64,000 bases of DNA from Paraspadella gotoi (lineage: Eukaryota > Animalia > Chaetognatha), in NCBI GenBank assembly GCA_051294375.1, contig CM119263.1, positions 2,256,113 through 2,320,112 on the forward strand, read 5' to 3'. Below, piece after piece: positions 14,062 to 25,626 of the stretch (position 1 is its first letter; every line of letters starts with the position of its first letter). The position numbers and the translations under genes were made by a program. The notes beneath the pieces are model-generated. The model was not told the DNA's origin. It searched no databases and saw only the letters and a list, made by a program, of their open reading frames with translations.

Positions 14062-14598
14062 GACGAAAGATGCAATTTTTATGTAAAAAATATGGGAGGA
14101 AAATAATGGAATTTTGTTATGACGATCGTCGAGGGAACTGAACCGATGCGCCTCTAGTGGCGGAAAATACGCGTGAAACAAAGGAACAACTGTGAAAAGA
14201 AAATGAAGGAGAGAAAGGAAAAGAGAGGAAAGGAGTAATTGACGTTTTTTAATTCATTCATTCTTTAATTTTTTCCTTCATTTTTTCATACATTCTTTTA
14301 TTCATTAATTTGTTTCCTTCATTTATTCAATTATTTGTTCATTCATTTAATTATTTATTTATTTATTTATTTATTTATATATTTATTTATTAATTCAATC
14401 TTTTGTTCATTCATTCATTGAGTCAATAATTTGTTTATTCATTTAATTAATCATTCGTTTATTCATTATATAATTTGTTCATTTATTCATTGATTTATTT
14501 AATCATTCATTAATTTATTTATTTATTCAGTCATTTATTCATTAATTTATTCCTTTCTTCTTTCATTTATTCTAACGAATTTTCATTCAGTGAACTTC

Positions 14599-14660
<62 letters not shown>

Positions 14661-14863
14661 CTTGAAACTTCATTCAGTGAACTTCATCTCTCGTGATTCT
14701 CTCTCTCTTTTCCATTCACGTTTCACGTTTGAGCTTTGAAACCCGCTCACTTGTTTTGCATCTAATTACCCCTCAAGTTTTTCCTCCCTTTTTTTCCCCT
14801 TCCACGCGCGACTAATTAAATTTGAGTGTTTTAAGCAAAGGATATGCCTGATGAAAATTCAAG

Positions 14864-14935
<72 letters not shown>

Positions 14936-15004
14936 TCGGCTCCACTTGGCAAGTCACTTCTCGACGGACATTTTAATTACAAGCCTCGTATTTTCACGGC
15001 CAAA

Positions 15005-15095
15005 CGCCGGCGCCGGCGCAGCGTAAATCTTTCTTCGGCCGCCGGCGCAGCGTAAATCTTTCTTCGGCCGCCGGTCGGCGCTAAATCTTTCCGAG
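15005..15095. repeat. ~29-bp tandem repeat x3 (cgccggcgcagcgtaaatctttcttcggc)
   Basis: Directly visible; followed by (gtgggaa)n at ~15230-15271. Confidence 0.75.
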
Positions 15096-15916
15096 ACTCG
15101 GACGCCGGTCGCTTGGCGGCGTCGCTTGGCGGCGTTTTACCTGGCGCCGAATACGAGCGCCCGAGTGACAACCGGAAAATTGAAGGAAAAATTGTCGCGG
15201 GAAAAATCCGATTGCGAAGTGGAGTTGCAGTGGGAAGTGGGAAGTGGGAAGTGGGAAGTGGGAAGTGGGAAGAGAAGGAGGAAGAGAGGGAAAGGGAGCG
15301 CTAGAGGGGGCAGAAGAAAAGAGGGAGTGGCAGAGTGAGTGGGAGTGACAGATGGAATAACAGGAGTGGCAGCGGAAATGACAGAGGTAGTGGGAGTGGC
15401 AGAGGCTTTGAAGGATTTGAAAAAGTCGAAGAGCCAGAGAAAAAATGTTGAAGGTCTCATTTGAAGTTTCTTCCGGCAAAGCTGGATCGTCGAGATTCCT
15501 GACTGAACCAAGTCGAATCAATTCGATTCGTGTCGAAAAATTCAACCAGAAAGTGTAGATAAAAAAACAGTAAAATAGCATGAATTAACTAACGCTTTAC
15601 TAGGGCGGCGAAACTAATTAGTTTTTTGAATTTATGCTGGATCCCGGGACCCATCATCCATGGGCGATCCTTCAGCGGGAGTTACTTTCTTTCTATAGTA
15701 ATATAAATAACAAACTATAAACAATTTGTTGTAGTTCATTAATATATCAAATTGAATCACAAGTGCGCGGATAATTGAGATAATTAAATCAAAGGTGATG
15801 GATTGAAAATGGAATTCGGTCGGAATGTCAGATCTGAAATCAATTCCGCCCAACAGAATTAAGGGCGCTGTGACGTCAGAATCGTTTAGCTCGTAAACAT
15901 TTACCACGAGAGAGAG

Positions 15917-15960
<44 letters not shown>

Positions 15961-16172
15961 TAAAGCAAAAAGAGAGTCAGACAGACCGACCAAACCGACT
16001 ATCAAATCAAACAAATGAATATTAACGAACGAACGAACGAATAAACGAAACGGAATGAGAAATGAACCTAAACGATTTTAATTAAACGATATTACGCCAA
16101 AACTCCATTTGGCCATCCACCATCAACCCCCTAATTCACCACCCAATAATACCACTCCCTGGCCCTTTTCAG

Positions 16173-16304
16173 ATCTGGAGTGTCACCAGACGAAACTGCG
16201 ATGGACGACAAAAAGCGAATCACTCCTTTGATGTTCGCCGCCCTTTACGGCGAAAAGAGAATAGTTCACCTTCTTCTTTTCTCGGGCGCGGATCCGAATA
16301 AAAG
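16173..16304 (+). CDS. Ankyrin-repeat protein exon (not in ORF track)
   Basis: cttttcag|A..aaaag|gttgta, phase 2-2; SGVSPDETAMDDKKRITPLMFAALYGEKRIVHLLLFSGADPNK is a canonical ANK repeat. Confidence 0.88.
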
Positions 16305-16655
16305 GTTGTAAAATGGGAAGGAGGTATAAGAGTGAGACTCAGATTATTCTATCGAAATATCACGTCATCATCTATGAATAAATTAAGCTGCTAAACAATG
16401 TAAAAAAACTTAGTAAAATTCAAAAATATACCTAAATGTAAATAATTAAATTCTTGGACTTTAAATAATTTAGCCACTATATGCAAATGAGATTGATAGA
16501 ATTCCATCTCAGTAATATTCTTGAGACTCTAATGCTCTTAAAGAGGTGGATGGTAAGGGGTGGTCGAGGATGGTAAGTTGTTGATGGTGGGGCGATTGGA
16601 GGCTGGCGAATTGTTACATGGGTCTTCGATTGGTGGAGATATGAAAATGATTTGT

Positions 16656-16860
16656 GCTCTCTTTTCCGAAAGCGCCCCAATTTTCCTGTTTCCTTTATTT
16701 TCAAAATTTAGTTTTCAAACTTACACAATTCTAACCTAAATCTTTAAACCCTAAAACCCCTTATTCTTTAATCCTTAAACTTAAAATAACCTTAACCCTA
16801 ATGTCTAACTTGGTCCCTAACCTTAATCGCTAACACTCAATTTCTAACCTGTTTAACTAA
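16656..16860 (-). mobile_element. Short repeat element with degenerate telomere-like (TTAGG/TTAGGG) tract and conserved end ggggcgcttt(c/g)ggaaaaga(g/a)agc
   Basis: Reverse complement of 16656-16678 matches 19471-19493 at 21/23 nt; both are adjacent to degenerate taaccc/gggtta arrays. Confidence 0.5.
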
Positions 16861-18249
16861 AAAATTGACCTAATTCGCAATTTAAAAGACGACTCGCATC
16901 GGAAGTTCTACGACAATAAGGCAATGTTGATAGTCAAATCATTTCTTTTGTTGGGTTTTTATGCAAATGATAAAATTTAAGCAATTATGGCAACAGCAGG
17001 GTTCTGTGATGCCCATTGGGATGGGCTATCTCACTGTTGGCTTTTGGGGGCTTCCGACCCTCAGTGACGCCTCCAGTCACTGGCGCGGTTACCCTAGGAC
17101 GGCCTCGCTTGCCACGCAGAGGGAAGTTCGTTAGGACGTAACTAGTGGGATGGTGTCCCTCTAGCAGTTGCTAAGACAGAGCGTGGAACCCACAGGTCGC
17201 GGGCAAACATATAGGTTCCCAGCTGAATGTCGCACGTACCTGTGAAGAAACCATGTAGGGCAAGCGTTTTGTAGTTATCCCGGCAATGGCGTTGCCGTGC
17301 GTACGTGGCAATGGTTTGCACTTGCGAAGGTGGGTCATAGCTACTTATGGCACAGCCGGGTGCCTGTGATGCCCATATGGGATGGCATCTCACTGTTGCT
17401 TTGGGGCTTCCGACTCAGTGACGCTCCGCACTGGCGCGTTACCCATAGGACGGTCCGCTTTGCAACAGCAGAGGAAGTCGTTAGGACTGTGGATGGAACA
17501 CTACGCCTGGGATGTGTGTTCCCCTCTGAGCCAATGATTGGCTAAGGATGGGGAACATGAGGCGGTGTGAATATACCGCACACAATAACATTTTTTTAAC
17601 ATAAAATATCAGAATTTGTATTTTTATAGAAATATCCATATTGTTTTTAACTTTTTATTTTTTAAAGTTATTAAGGTCAACATATTATGAAACTTTTGAA
17701 AAAATTATTTTCATGTGATACACTAATATTTTTATGACATCTAATTGTTATTTGATCTCGCTCAAATAAAATTTTTGTTCTATCTATTTTTAATAATCAA
17801 TGTAGTTTGGGATATTGATCTCTGAGCTAAATTCGACGTTAACGCTCGGCCCGCTGCTGCTCAGTTTCTTAAAATAAAAGTAGAGGGTCATCTGTGGCTC
17901 AGCCTTCGCTTTAATCTTTCTTTCTTTAGTATCTAAATATCTTTGTCAAATATATTAGTCAATCCGTTGGCGTTTTGTTCTGTTTTGTTTTGTTTTGTTT
18001 TACTTCAATTTAAATACATATACGTTATATATACATTATATATTTTATATTATTATTTAAATGATACAGAAGTTGAAAAAGAATTTTTTTATTTCGATCG
18101 TTTATTTCGAACCTCGTCTTTGAGGCGCCGGCTCGGCCATCTTTTATTCTCTCCTCGTTCAAACCCTAAATTCTTTAGATCTCAATTTCCTTCTCTCTCT
18201 CTATCTCTCTCTCTATTTCTTCTGTCTCTCTTTCCTCTCTCTCTTCTTC

Positions 18250-18301
<52 letters not shown>

Positions 18302-18379
18302 CCTATCTATCTATCTACCTATCTAATCTATCTAATCTATCTATCTCTAGCTAACCCCCACCCTTTCTTTTTTCCTCAG

Positions 18380-18458
18380 AGACGTTTACGGGAACACTCC
18401 GCTGCAGTACGCCGTCACCAGCGGCGACTTGGCCATCATTCGAATGATCATCCTCAAG
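18380..18458 (+). CDS. Ankyrin-repeat protein exon (not in ORF track)
   Basis: ttttcctcag|A..ctcaag|gtgatt, phase 2-0; DVYGNTPLQYAVTSGDLAIIRMIILK is an ANK repeat. Confidence 0.88.
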
Positions 18459-19360
18459 GTGATTTCCAGGGAGAATGACTGATGGCTTCCTCGTCGTCGT
18501 CGTTGTTGTTATTGTTGTTGTTGTTTAAGTTGTTGTTGTTTTATGTTGTTGTTGCTGTTGTTGTTTTTATGTTGTTATTGCTGTTGTCGTTATTTTTGTT
18601 GTTGTTGTCTTAAAGTTTTTATTTTTTTTATTTTAAATCCATTTAAACAATTTTATTAAATGTATTAACGATTTATCAAACATCCAAAATCGCGTTAATT
18701 TAAACATAACAAACAATGAAATGTTTTCTCTCTCGCGTTTTGTCTTAATGGATTTTGTATTCGATGTGATTGAAGCACAATAGTTTTCGACGATCGGTAT
18801 TGAAAAACTATCACTATCGCTATCACCATCAGTCTATCACTATCACTATCACCATCAGTCTATCACCCACTCATATTCGACGAATTCTTTCAACGATTTC
18901 TTTTATCACTTTCATCGAGAAGTCTTCTTCTTCTTCTTCTTCTTCGTCGTCGTCGGCGTCGTAGTTGTCGTCATCGTCGTCAGGGAGAATCACCTTCTAA
19001 ATGGTTATTCCTTATGGTTTCTTCTCCNNNNNNNNNNNNNNNNNNNNNNNNNNNNNNNNNNNNNNNNNNNNNNNNNNNNNNNNNNNNNNNNNNNNNNNNN
19101 NNNNNNNNNNNNNNNNNNNNNNNNNNNNNNNNNNNNNNNNNNNNNNNNNNNNNNNNNNNNNNNNNNNNNNNNNNNNNNNNNNNNNNNNNNNNNNNNNNNN
19201 NNNNNNNNNNNNNNNNNNNNNNNNNNNNNNNNNNNNNNNNNNNNNNNNNNNNNNNNNNNNNNNNNNNNNNNNNNNNNNNNNNNNNNNNNNNNNNNNNNNN
19301 NNNNNNNNNNNNNNNNNNNNNNNNNNNNNNNNNNNNNNNNNNNNNNNNNNNNNNNNNNNN

Positions 19361-19495
19361 GTTAAAGATTATGTTAGTGTTAAAGGTTTAAGATTAAGGG
19401 ATTAGGTTAATGTTAGGTTAAGAATTAGGTTAGGGTTAAGAATTAGGGTTAGAAGTTAGAAGTTTGAAATGGGGCGCTTTGGGAAAAGAAAGCCA
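19361..19495 (+). mobile_element. Second, oppositely oriented copy of the telomere-like-tract element (duplicated again at ~20490-20655 and ~20865-20998)
   Basis: gttagggttaagaattagggttagaagttagaagtttgaaatggggcgctttgggaaaagaaagcc. Confidence 0.5.
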
Positions 19496-21060
19496 TAAAA
19501 TCATAGGAATTTCTGTTCTTCTGTTTTGGCCTCATTTCTTTTTCTCTGAGAGATTTCGATTCACATTCGCGGACGTTGACCTCTGGTTTAATGAGTTTTT
19601 TTTCCCCCGCCGGTCCCCGCTTCCGCCCCCTCTCACCTCCCAAACAAAACCATTAAAAGGCAGAAAGGGGGCGGGGGGGTAATCCATATTTTTCTTTTTT
19701 TTTTGCTATAAAAACGCATTACTATCTTACGGGAAAAAAGTTAGAAACATTTTTAAAATTTGAGGATATCCTACTCGAAAACTTGCTCGATTTTCTTTAA
19801 AAAAATCAGGATGTTTTTCAGATTCTTTACCACTAATTTCCTTTCAGTTGCTTCCTTCCATTTTTTCGTTAGATCAAACCGTATAGAAGTTAGCAGGCAA
19901 AATAAGATTGCTACCTCAAGTGAAAAATGGCGGAAAAATCCGCCTTTAGTTTTCCACAATTCTTGGTATATAGTTATTTGTTTCTATTTCAAATTGAGTT
20001 AGTTATTTTTTTCATTTTTTAAATTGGTTATGCCGAATAGACAGCCCCTCTCTTTGTTTCATAAAGGTGCAAAATTGTTCAGCTCTGAAGAAAAGAGGGG
20101 AAAGACGCAACAACATCAGCTAATAGACTTAGAATCCCTCGTTCCACCATTGCAAATTTTTTACGTGGCGATTACAACAAATCAAAAACATTTGCACACG
20201 GTGTGTTCAGCCGTCTGGAAGACCAAAAAAAAGTACCACACCAGACGAAATGCAGGCAGTGGTCGATGCCGAGGGAGGGCATTACAGATATTGAGAATGT
20301 TTTACCCATGTTTTGCTTATATTTTATTGAATAAATTGAACTTTTTTTAAAAAAAAATGTTTGTCTAAACTTTTTTTCCTAAGATAGTATTGCCGTTAAA
20401 GATTCCCATCTCAATTCTTTTTAAATTTTCCGGTAATTAAGTTAATTTCTTTAGATTAAATGTTGAGTAATGGATTAGATAGGAAGAATTTGGTTTAGGG
20501 ATCAGGTTAAGGGATTAGGGTTAAATTGTTAAATGGTTTAAGGTTTAAAGATATGTTAGTGTTAAAGGTTTAAGGTTAAGGGATTAGGTTAAGTAAAGTA
20601 TTTAGGTAAGAATAGCGTTAGGCGTAAGAATTAGGGTTAGAAGTTAGAAGTTTGCAAATATATGTGTTTTTATTCGCTTTACAACAATTAGTTGAAAAAG
20701 TACATTCAAAAGGGGCATACAGACATTACAGATAAACGCAATTTAAATTGTTACCAGTTTTACAATCAACAAAATATAAACTATTTAAATTAAAAGAACG
20801 AAAAAAAAAAACGGAAAAAAAAAAATCAAACAATAAGCATAGACAAGATTTTTTAGAATATTGAATGGGGCGCTTTGGAAAAGAAAGCCATTAAAATCAT
20901 GAGGAGATTTCTTGTTCTTCTGTTCCTGGCCTCATCTTCTTCTTTCTCATCAGAGATTTCGATTCACATTCGCGGACGTTCGACCTCTGGTTTAATGGTN
21001 NNNNNNNNNNNNNNNNNNNNNNNNTTTTTTTTTATTTTCTTTTTAACTTTGTTTATCTTT

Positions 21061-21270
21061 TTAGATGCGCCGAGAGTCGGTCGATCGGTCGCTTGGTCCG
21101 TTGGTCTGTCCAACTTACATTAAAAATTCTCATAACTCGCCTATATTTGTTAAGATCGAAAAAAAACCAAAAATCTCCGGGACTGGAAGCGCCGCCTTCA
21201 GGAAATCCTAAACCAATAAAGAATAAAAGACGGAATTCCGATGCAGTCCGTGTTATAAATATACGGGCTA
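21061..21270 (+). mobile_element. Diverged copy of the HINE/DINE-1-like element
   Basis: T-run, GTCG/GTCC microsatellite, cttacattaaaaattctcataactcgcc..ttcaggaaatcctaaa..aaagaataaaagacg, homologous to 7160-7300. Confidence 0.5.
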
Positions 21271-23285
21271 TGTTGAATGTTATGCCTTATCCTCCCTATT
21301 TTTTGATATCTTTCTATCTCTGTCACCAAAGTTAAGCGTTGGTCAATTTTCGCGCGCGTTTCTCAAAGTAAGAGAGAGATTTCCTGATTTGTTTTTAGTC
21401 TCATTTATGAACTCAGTAGAAACTCATCGCCCAGAAGAAACCTCATATTTACGAGTTTCCAATGAACTTTTTTGCGAGAATAAAAGTTTAAATATATGAT
21501 TCGCGATGTTCTTATTTGGAACTCATGTTAATCAGTTCGTCGGGGCAAAGACTCGAACGCTCGACATCGCAAGCGTGAGAAGAAAACAATCTCACAGGCT
21601 AAGAAAGCCACTTCGGCGCAAAACGATGGATGGACCGATTTTGTTCTTTTCTTTCATGTACTTTGTTTTATTCTATTCTGTTTTATCTCCCCTTTTGTTT
21701 TTTAATTAATCATTTAATGTCCTTTTAATTTTTTGGTTTTCTAATTTCTTTGCGTTTAACTGCCGTTTCCTCTTTCTTTCCATCTCTCTTTCCGTCTATC
21801 TTTACCTCTTTCTTTCCCCTTTTATTTTCTTTTCCTAATTACTTTCCACGTCTCGTTTTACTCACAACTCGAGCCGTTTAATATTAATCCCTTTTTTTTT
21901 CTCATTTTCATGCAAACGACGTTTACACCGCGGAACGTTCGACTTACCGACGTTACGCTTGTTTTAAAAAAAGATGCTGCCGACATTTTTAAAACTGTTT
22001 CAAATAGCAGTCGGTCTGTCAATCTCTCTGGCTCGTTGTCCGTTCGCCATCGCAACTGATTGCAAGACAAAACAAAAGTAAAAATAGAACCTTTTCTTCT
22101 TTTTTTTCCTTCTTTTTTCTTTTTCTTCTTTTTTCTTTTCCTTCTTTTTTCTTTTCCACCTTTATTCTTTTTCCTCCTTTTTCTCTTTCCTCCTTTTTCT
22201 CTTTTTCCTCCCTTTTCTCTTTCCCCAATTTTCCCCCTTTTTCCTTTTTCCTTCTTTTTTCTTTTCCTTCTGTTTTCTTTTCCACCTTTATTCTTTTTCC
22301 TCCTTTTTCTCTTTCCTCCATTTTTCCACCTTTTTCTCTTTTCCAACCCCTTTTTCCTCTTTTCTCGGACCACCAACCAAGTCGTCGTTCTCGTTCCTCC
22401 ATCTCCCGCCACGCCTCTCCCCCCCCTCTCTCTCCCCCCGAGCGATCGTTACAATAATTCCAATTAAGGTAACGCAGATTTCAACGCCGCTAGAAACCGT
22501 GAGGGCCCCCGCGGACGAAAAGGACGATGACGACGACGATAACGACGACGATAACGACGACGTCTCTATTATTTATCTTTGGATCGAAAAGACTTTTATC
22601 GCCAAGAACAGAAGCAGAGTCTCGACAACGACTTGGCGCGCTCCCGCGAAGAAGCCAAGCAGCTCGCTGTTAACGATTGCGTTCGCGAATAACGACGACG
22701 TCTGCGAATAATACTTATGGCGAATAGCGATTGGTGTCCAATGATTAACGATGGCATCCAGGAAAACGAATGGTGTTCGAATTTAACAGTGCAATCTGGA
22801 TGTAATGGCACCGTTTCATTAGGAATATGCCATCCGTGAATAATAATACCAACTCCTAATAGTAATAACCGTATCTGTTTGAAGAAGATTCCACCGACTA
22901 TTAACAATTAACAATGATAGCATCCACAAATACCTCTGTTAAAAATCTGTTAAAAATGACGGCGTCCGTAAATAACGATGCCATACGCGAATAACGATCC
23001 CATCCGCGAATAACGAGGCGGGGAAACTCGTTAAAAGCGACGAAGCAGCGACTGGAACCGTTGATCTTCGTTTCGTGTTAGAAGTTTTTTATGTTCGACG
23101 CTCGCGGTCGGTTTTTTTTTTCTCTTTCTCTTTTTCTTTCCTTGGATTTTCTCGAAAAAACCCTACTTTTGTTGATAACATTGTTAAAAATAATTAACTT
23201 CATTCTGATTCATGAGATGCCACATAGTTAATTTTGTTCATTCACTAATAAAACTTACCCTTTTTCGATAACCTTCAACTCTCAG

Positions 23286-23643
23286 GGCGGCGACCTTCAC
23301 GCTTCTTCCGACCGCGGCTGGACGGCGCTGCATCGCGCAGCAGCCCGCAGCCAACTTCAAGTCATCAAGTATCTGCTGTCACTCGGAGCGGACGCGACTG
23401 TCCGGGATAACCGGGGCTACACCGCCCTCGACGTAAGCCGGACCTACTGCCCGCAATGCGCTCGATATTTGGAGGAGCAAGGAGCGGGAATGGCTGGCGA
23501 AAGGCGTCGTGGCGAGAGTCGCCGTCAAGACGCTCGTAACCGCGCCGGGGAAGCCGGAGCCCGAGGCGGCGCCGAAAAAGACGCCGCCAACAAATCATCG
23601 ACGAAAAATCGCGAAAATTCGGTCTTTGTCGTCAAAACTAATC

Positions 23644-23677
<34 letters not shown>

Positions 23678-24008
23678 AAAACCGACGACGACGACGATGA
23701 AGAAGACGACGGAAAGAGATCCTCTACCGACTACAAAACCGACAACGAAATCAACGACGACCTATCGATCCATGTACCAAGAAACCTGGCTAAAAACCTC
23801 ATCACCGAGCGGCGCCTCCGACGTTTCAAGCGGCGCCGCCGGCGTTTCTAGCGGCGCCGCCGGCGTTTCTAGCGGCGCCGACGGCGTTTCAGACGGCGAC
23901 GACGCTTCCAGTGGCGCCGGATTCGGCGTCCCCACCCTGGCGCCCTTCGACGCGCTCCGTCGCGCCCTCGACGCCGACGATAAGGCGGCGATGAAGCGGC
24001 TCCTCAAG
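23286..24008 (+). CDS. Ankyrin-repeat protein exon: end of ANK module 1, Thr-rich linker, start of module 2
   Basis: ctctcag|GGC..ctcaag|gtactc, 241 codons, phase 0-0; GWTALHRAAARSQLQVIKYLLSLGADATVRDNRGYTALD..CPQC..PTTTTTTTTTTTKPTTTT..(SSGAAGV)n..LRRALDADDKAAMKRLLK. Confidence 0.9.
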
Positions 24009-24131
24009 GTACTCTCTCTTATTGATCTTTCTGTGTTTCTTTCTTTCATTCTTTCTTTCTCTTTTTTCTGTTGTCTTTTTTTCCCATCCTTTATTTCTTT
24101 CCACTTCTCTTCCCTCTCCCCACTTACTTAG

Positions 24132-24362
24132 GCCGGCCTCCACCCAGACGCCGACTTCTACGACCGCGAGTTGGGCGTGACCCTTCTCATGCGCTGCTCC
24201 ATCGCTCCGACCAAGTTCGTCATGGTGCAGATGCTCCTCGCCCACGGAGCAGACCCCAATCGGGTCGCCGACCGCACGGGCTACACTGCCATCCACTACG
24301 CCGCCTGCGGGGGACACCTGGAGACTTTGGAGACCCTGGAGGCCTACGGGGCGGATATACAG
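24132..24362 (+). CDS. Ankyrin-repeat protein exon (module 2)
   Basis: acttag|GCC..atacag|gtgcgg, 77 codons; LLAHGADPNRVADRTGYTAIHYAACGGHLETLETLEAYGADIQ. Confidence 0.9.
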
Positions 24363-24625
24363 GTGCGGGAATGGAGGTGCAATTGGCGGGAGAGGGCTAG
24401 GTGTAGAGGTTCTCGTAAGTTAAATTTGAATTAAATTAATTGATTAATTAATTCAAAAAGATTAAAAAAACGAAATGAGTGAAATTGATATTAGAAAAAT
24501 TTGTTGGAAGAATTAATTAATTAAAATAAACTAATAAACTAATTAGACTAATTAAACTAATTAAAATAAAGGACGAATTCATCACTCATCAGTCATCACT
24601 TTACTTATCCCCCCACCCCTCTAAG

Positions 24626-25258
24626 GCTCTCACCTTCTCCGGTCAAACGATCCTCCACTGCGCAGCGGCCTTTGATCATCTCGAGGCCCTCAAGTACGGC
24701 ATCCGCATGGGCGTCGATCCGTTCGTCAAAGACTTGGAGGGAAAGACCTGCCTCGACTGGAGCCGTCGGCTGCCGGACTCCAGCTGCTCCGCTTACCTTC
24801 AGCGGCTGCTGCAGCGATCCTCCCGCAGCAAACGGAGCTCCACCTTCGACGATCTCAAGTCGGCCGTCGAGGCGAGGGACGAGGTCGAGGTCAAGCGGCT
24901 CCTCGACTCGGGCGTAGACCCCGAGGCCAACCCCAGCTGCTGCGGCGTGCCCGAGGTCCATCAACTCGGATCGCCCTCTCGGCTGGAGTCTTTCGTCCGC
25001 TCCAACCTCCTCATCTACGCCGTCCACAACTCGACCAAACCCATCATCCATCTGATGCTGGAGAAAGGAGCGGCGCTGCGGGAGAGGGTGCATCGCGGGG
25101 TGTCGGCGATCCACTTGGCGGCACGCCGCGGCGTCGTCGACATCATGGAGGAACTGCTGGACCACGGCGCCGACGTGCGGGCGAGAACGCTGGGCGAAGG
25201 ATGGACGGTGCTGCACGTTGCGGCGGCGCAGAACAACCTCGACGCGCTCGCATATGGG
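24626..25258 (+). CDS. Ankyrin-repeat protein exon (modules 2-3, RSKR site)
   Basis: ctaag|GCT..tatggg|gtatag, 211 codons; GQTILHCAAAFDHLEALKY..RSSRSKRSST..GVSAIHLAARRGVVDIMEELLDHGADV..GWTVLHVAAAQNNLD. Confidence 0.9.
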
Positions 25259-25264
25259 GTATAG

Positions 25265-25460
25265 AAGAGAGATTGATGGAGAATTGAAGGGAATTGATGG
25301 GGAATTGAAGGGAATTGATGGAGAATTGAAAGTTATAGAGGGAATTTAGAGAAAATATTATTGATTTAATAAGAATTGCTGTGGAATTAAAAGAAATCGA
25401 TGGAGAATTGACGGAAATTGATGGTGAATTTAAAGGAATTGATGGGGAAAGAATTGAATT
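25265..25460. repeat. Intronic ~10-11-bp minisatellite (ggaattgatg/ggaattgaag)
   Basis: Directly visible periodic gaattga motif. Confidence 0.7.
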
Positions 25461-25626
25461 AATGATGGAGTATGAATGATGTCTTAAGGGTTGCAACAGC
25501 TGACTCGGTGAGGTTCGGAAGCCTTTAGGGGACATTAAAATTATAAATACATTGCCGTTTTACTTTAGGATGTTTTAAATTTAATCATGCTTCCCCCCCT
25601 CTCTTCTCCTCCCCTTTTCTCTTTAG

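Noticed and set aside
14147-14163. CTCF-like site gcgcctctagtggcgg (also tagatggcgc at ~4474)
   Set aside because: Imperfect short matches expected by chance in 64 kb of CG-rich sequence; not supportable without ChIP data.
16992-17020. Resemblance to the 18S rRNA motif AACAGGTCTGTGATGCCC
   Set aside because: Only ~11 nt match; flanks do not follow 18S, and the cleaner copy at ~17358 is less similar.
19361-20660. Telomere or interstitial telomeric array
   Set aside because: Highly degenerate and tied to a dispersed element end motif; no pure TTAGG/TTAGGG run.
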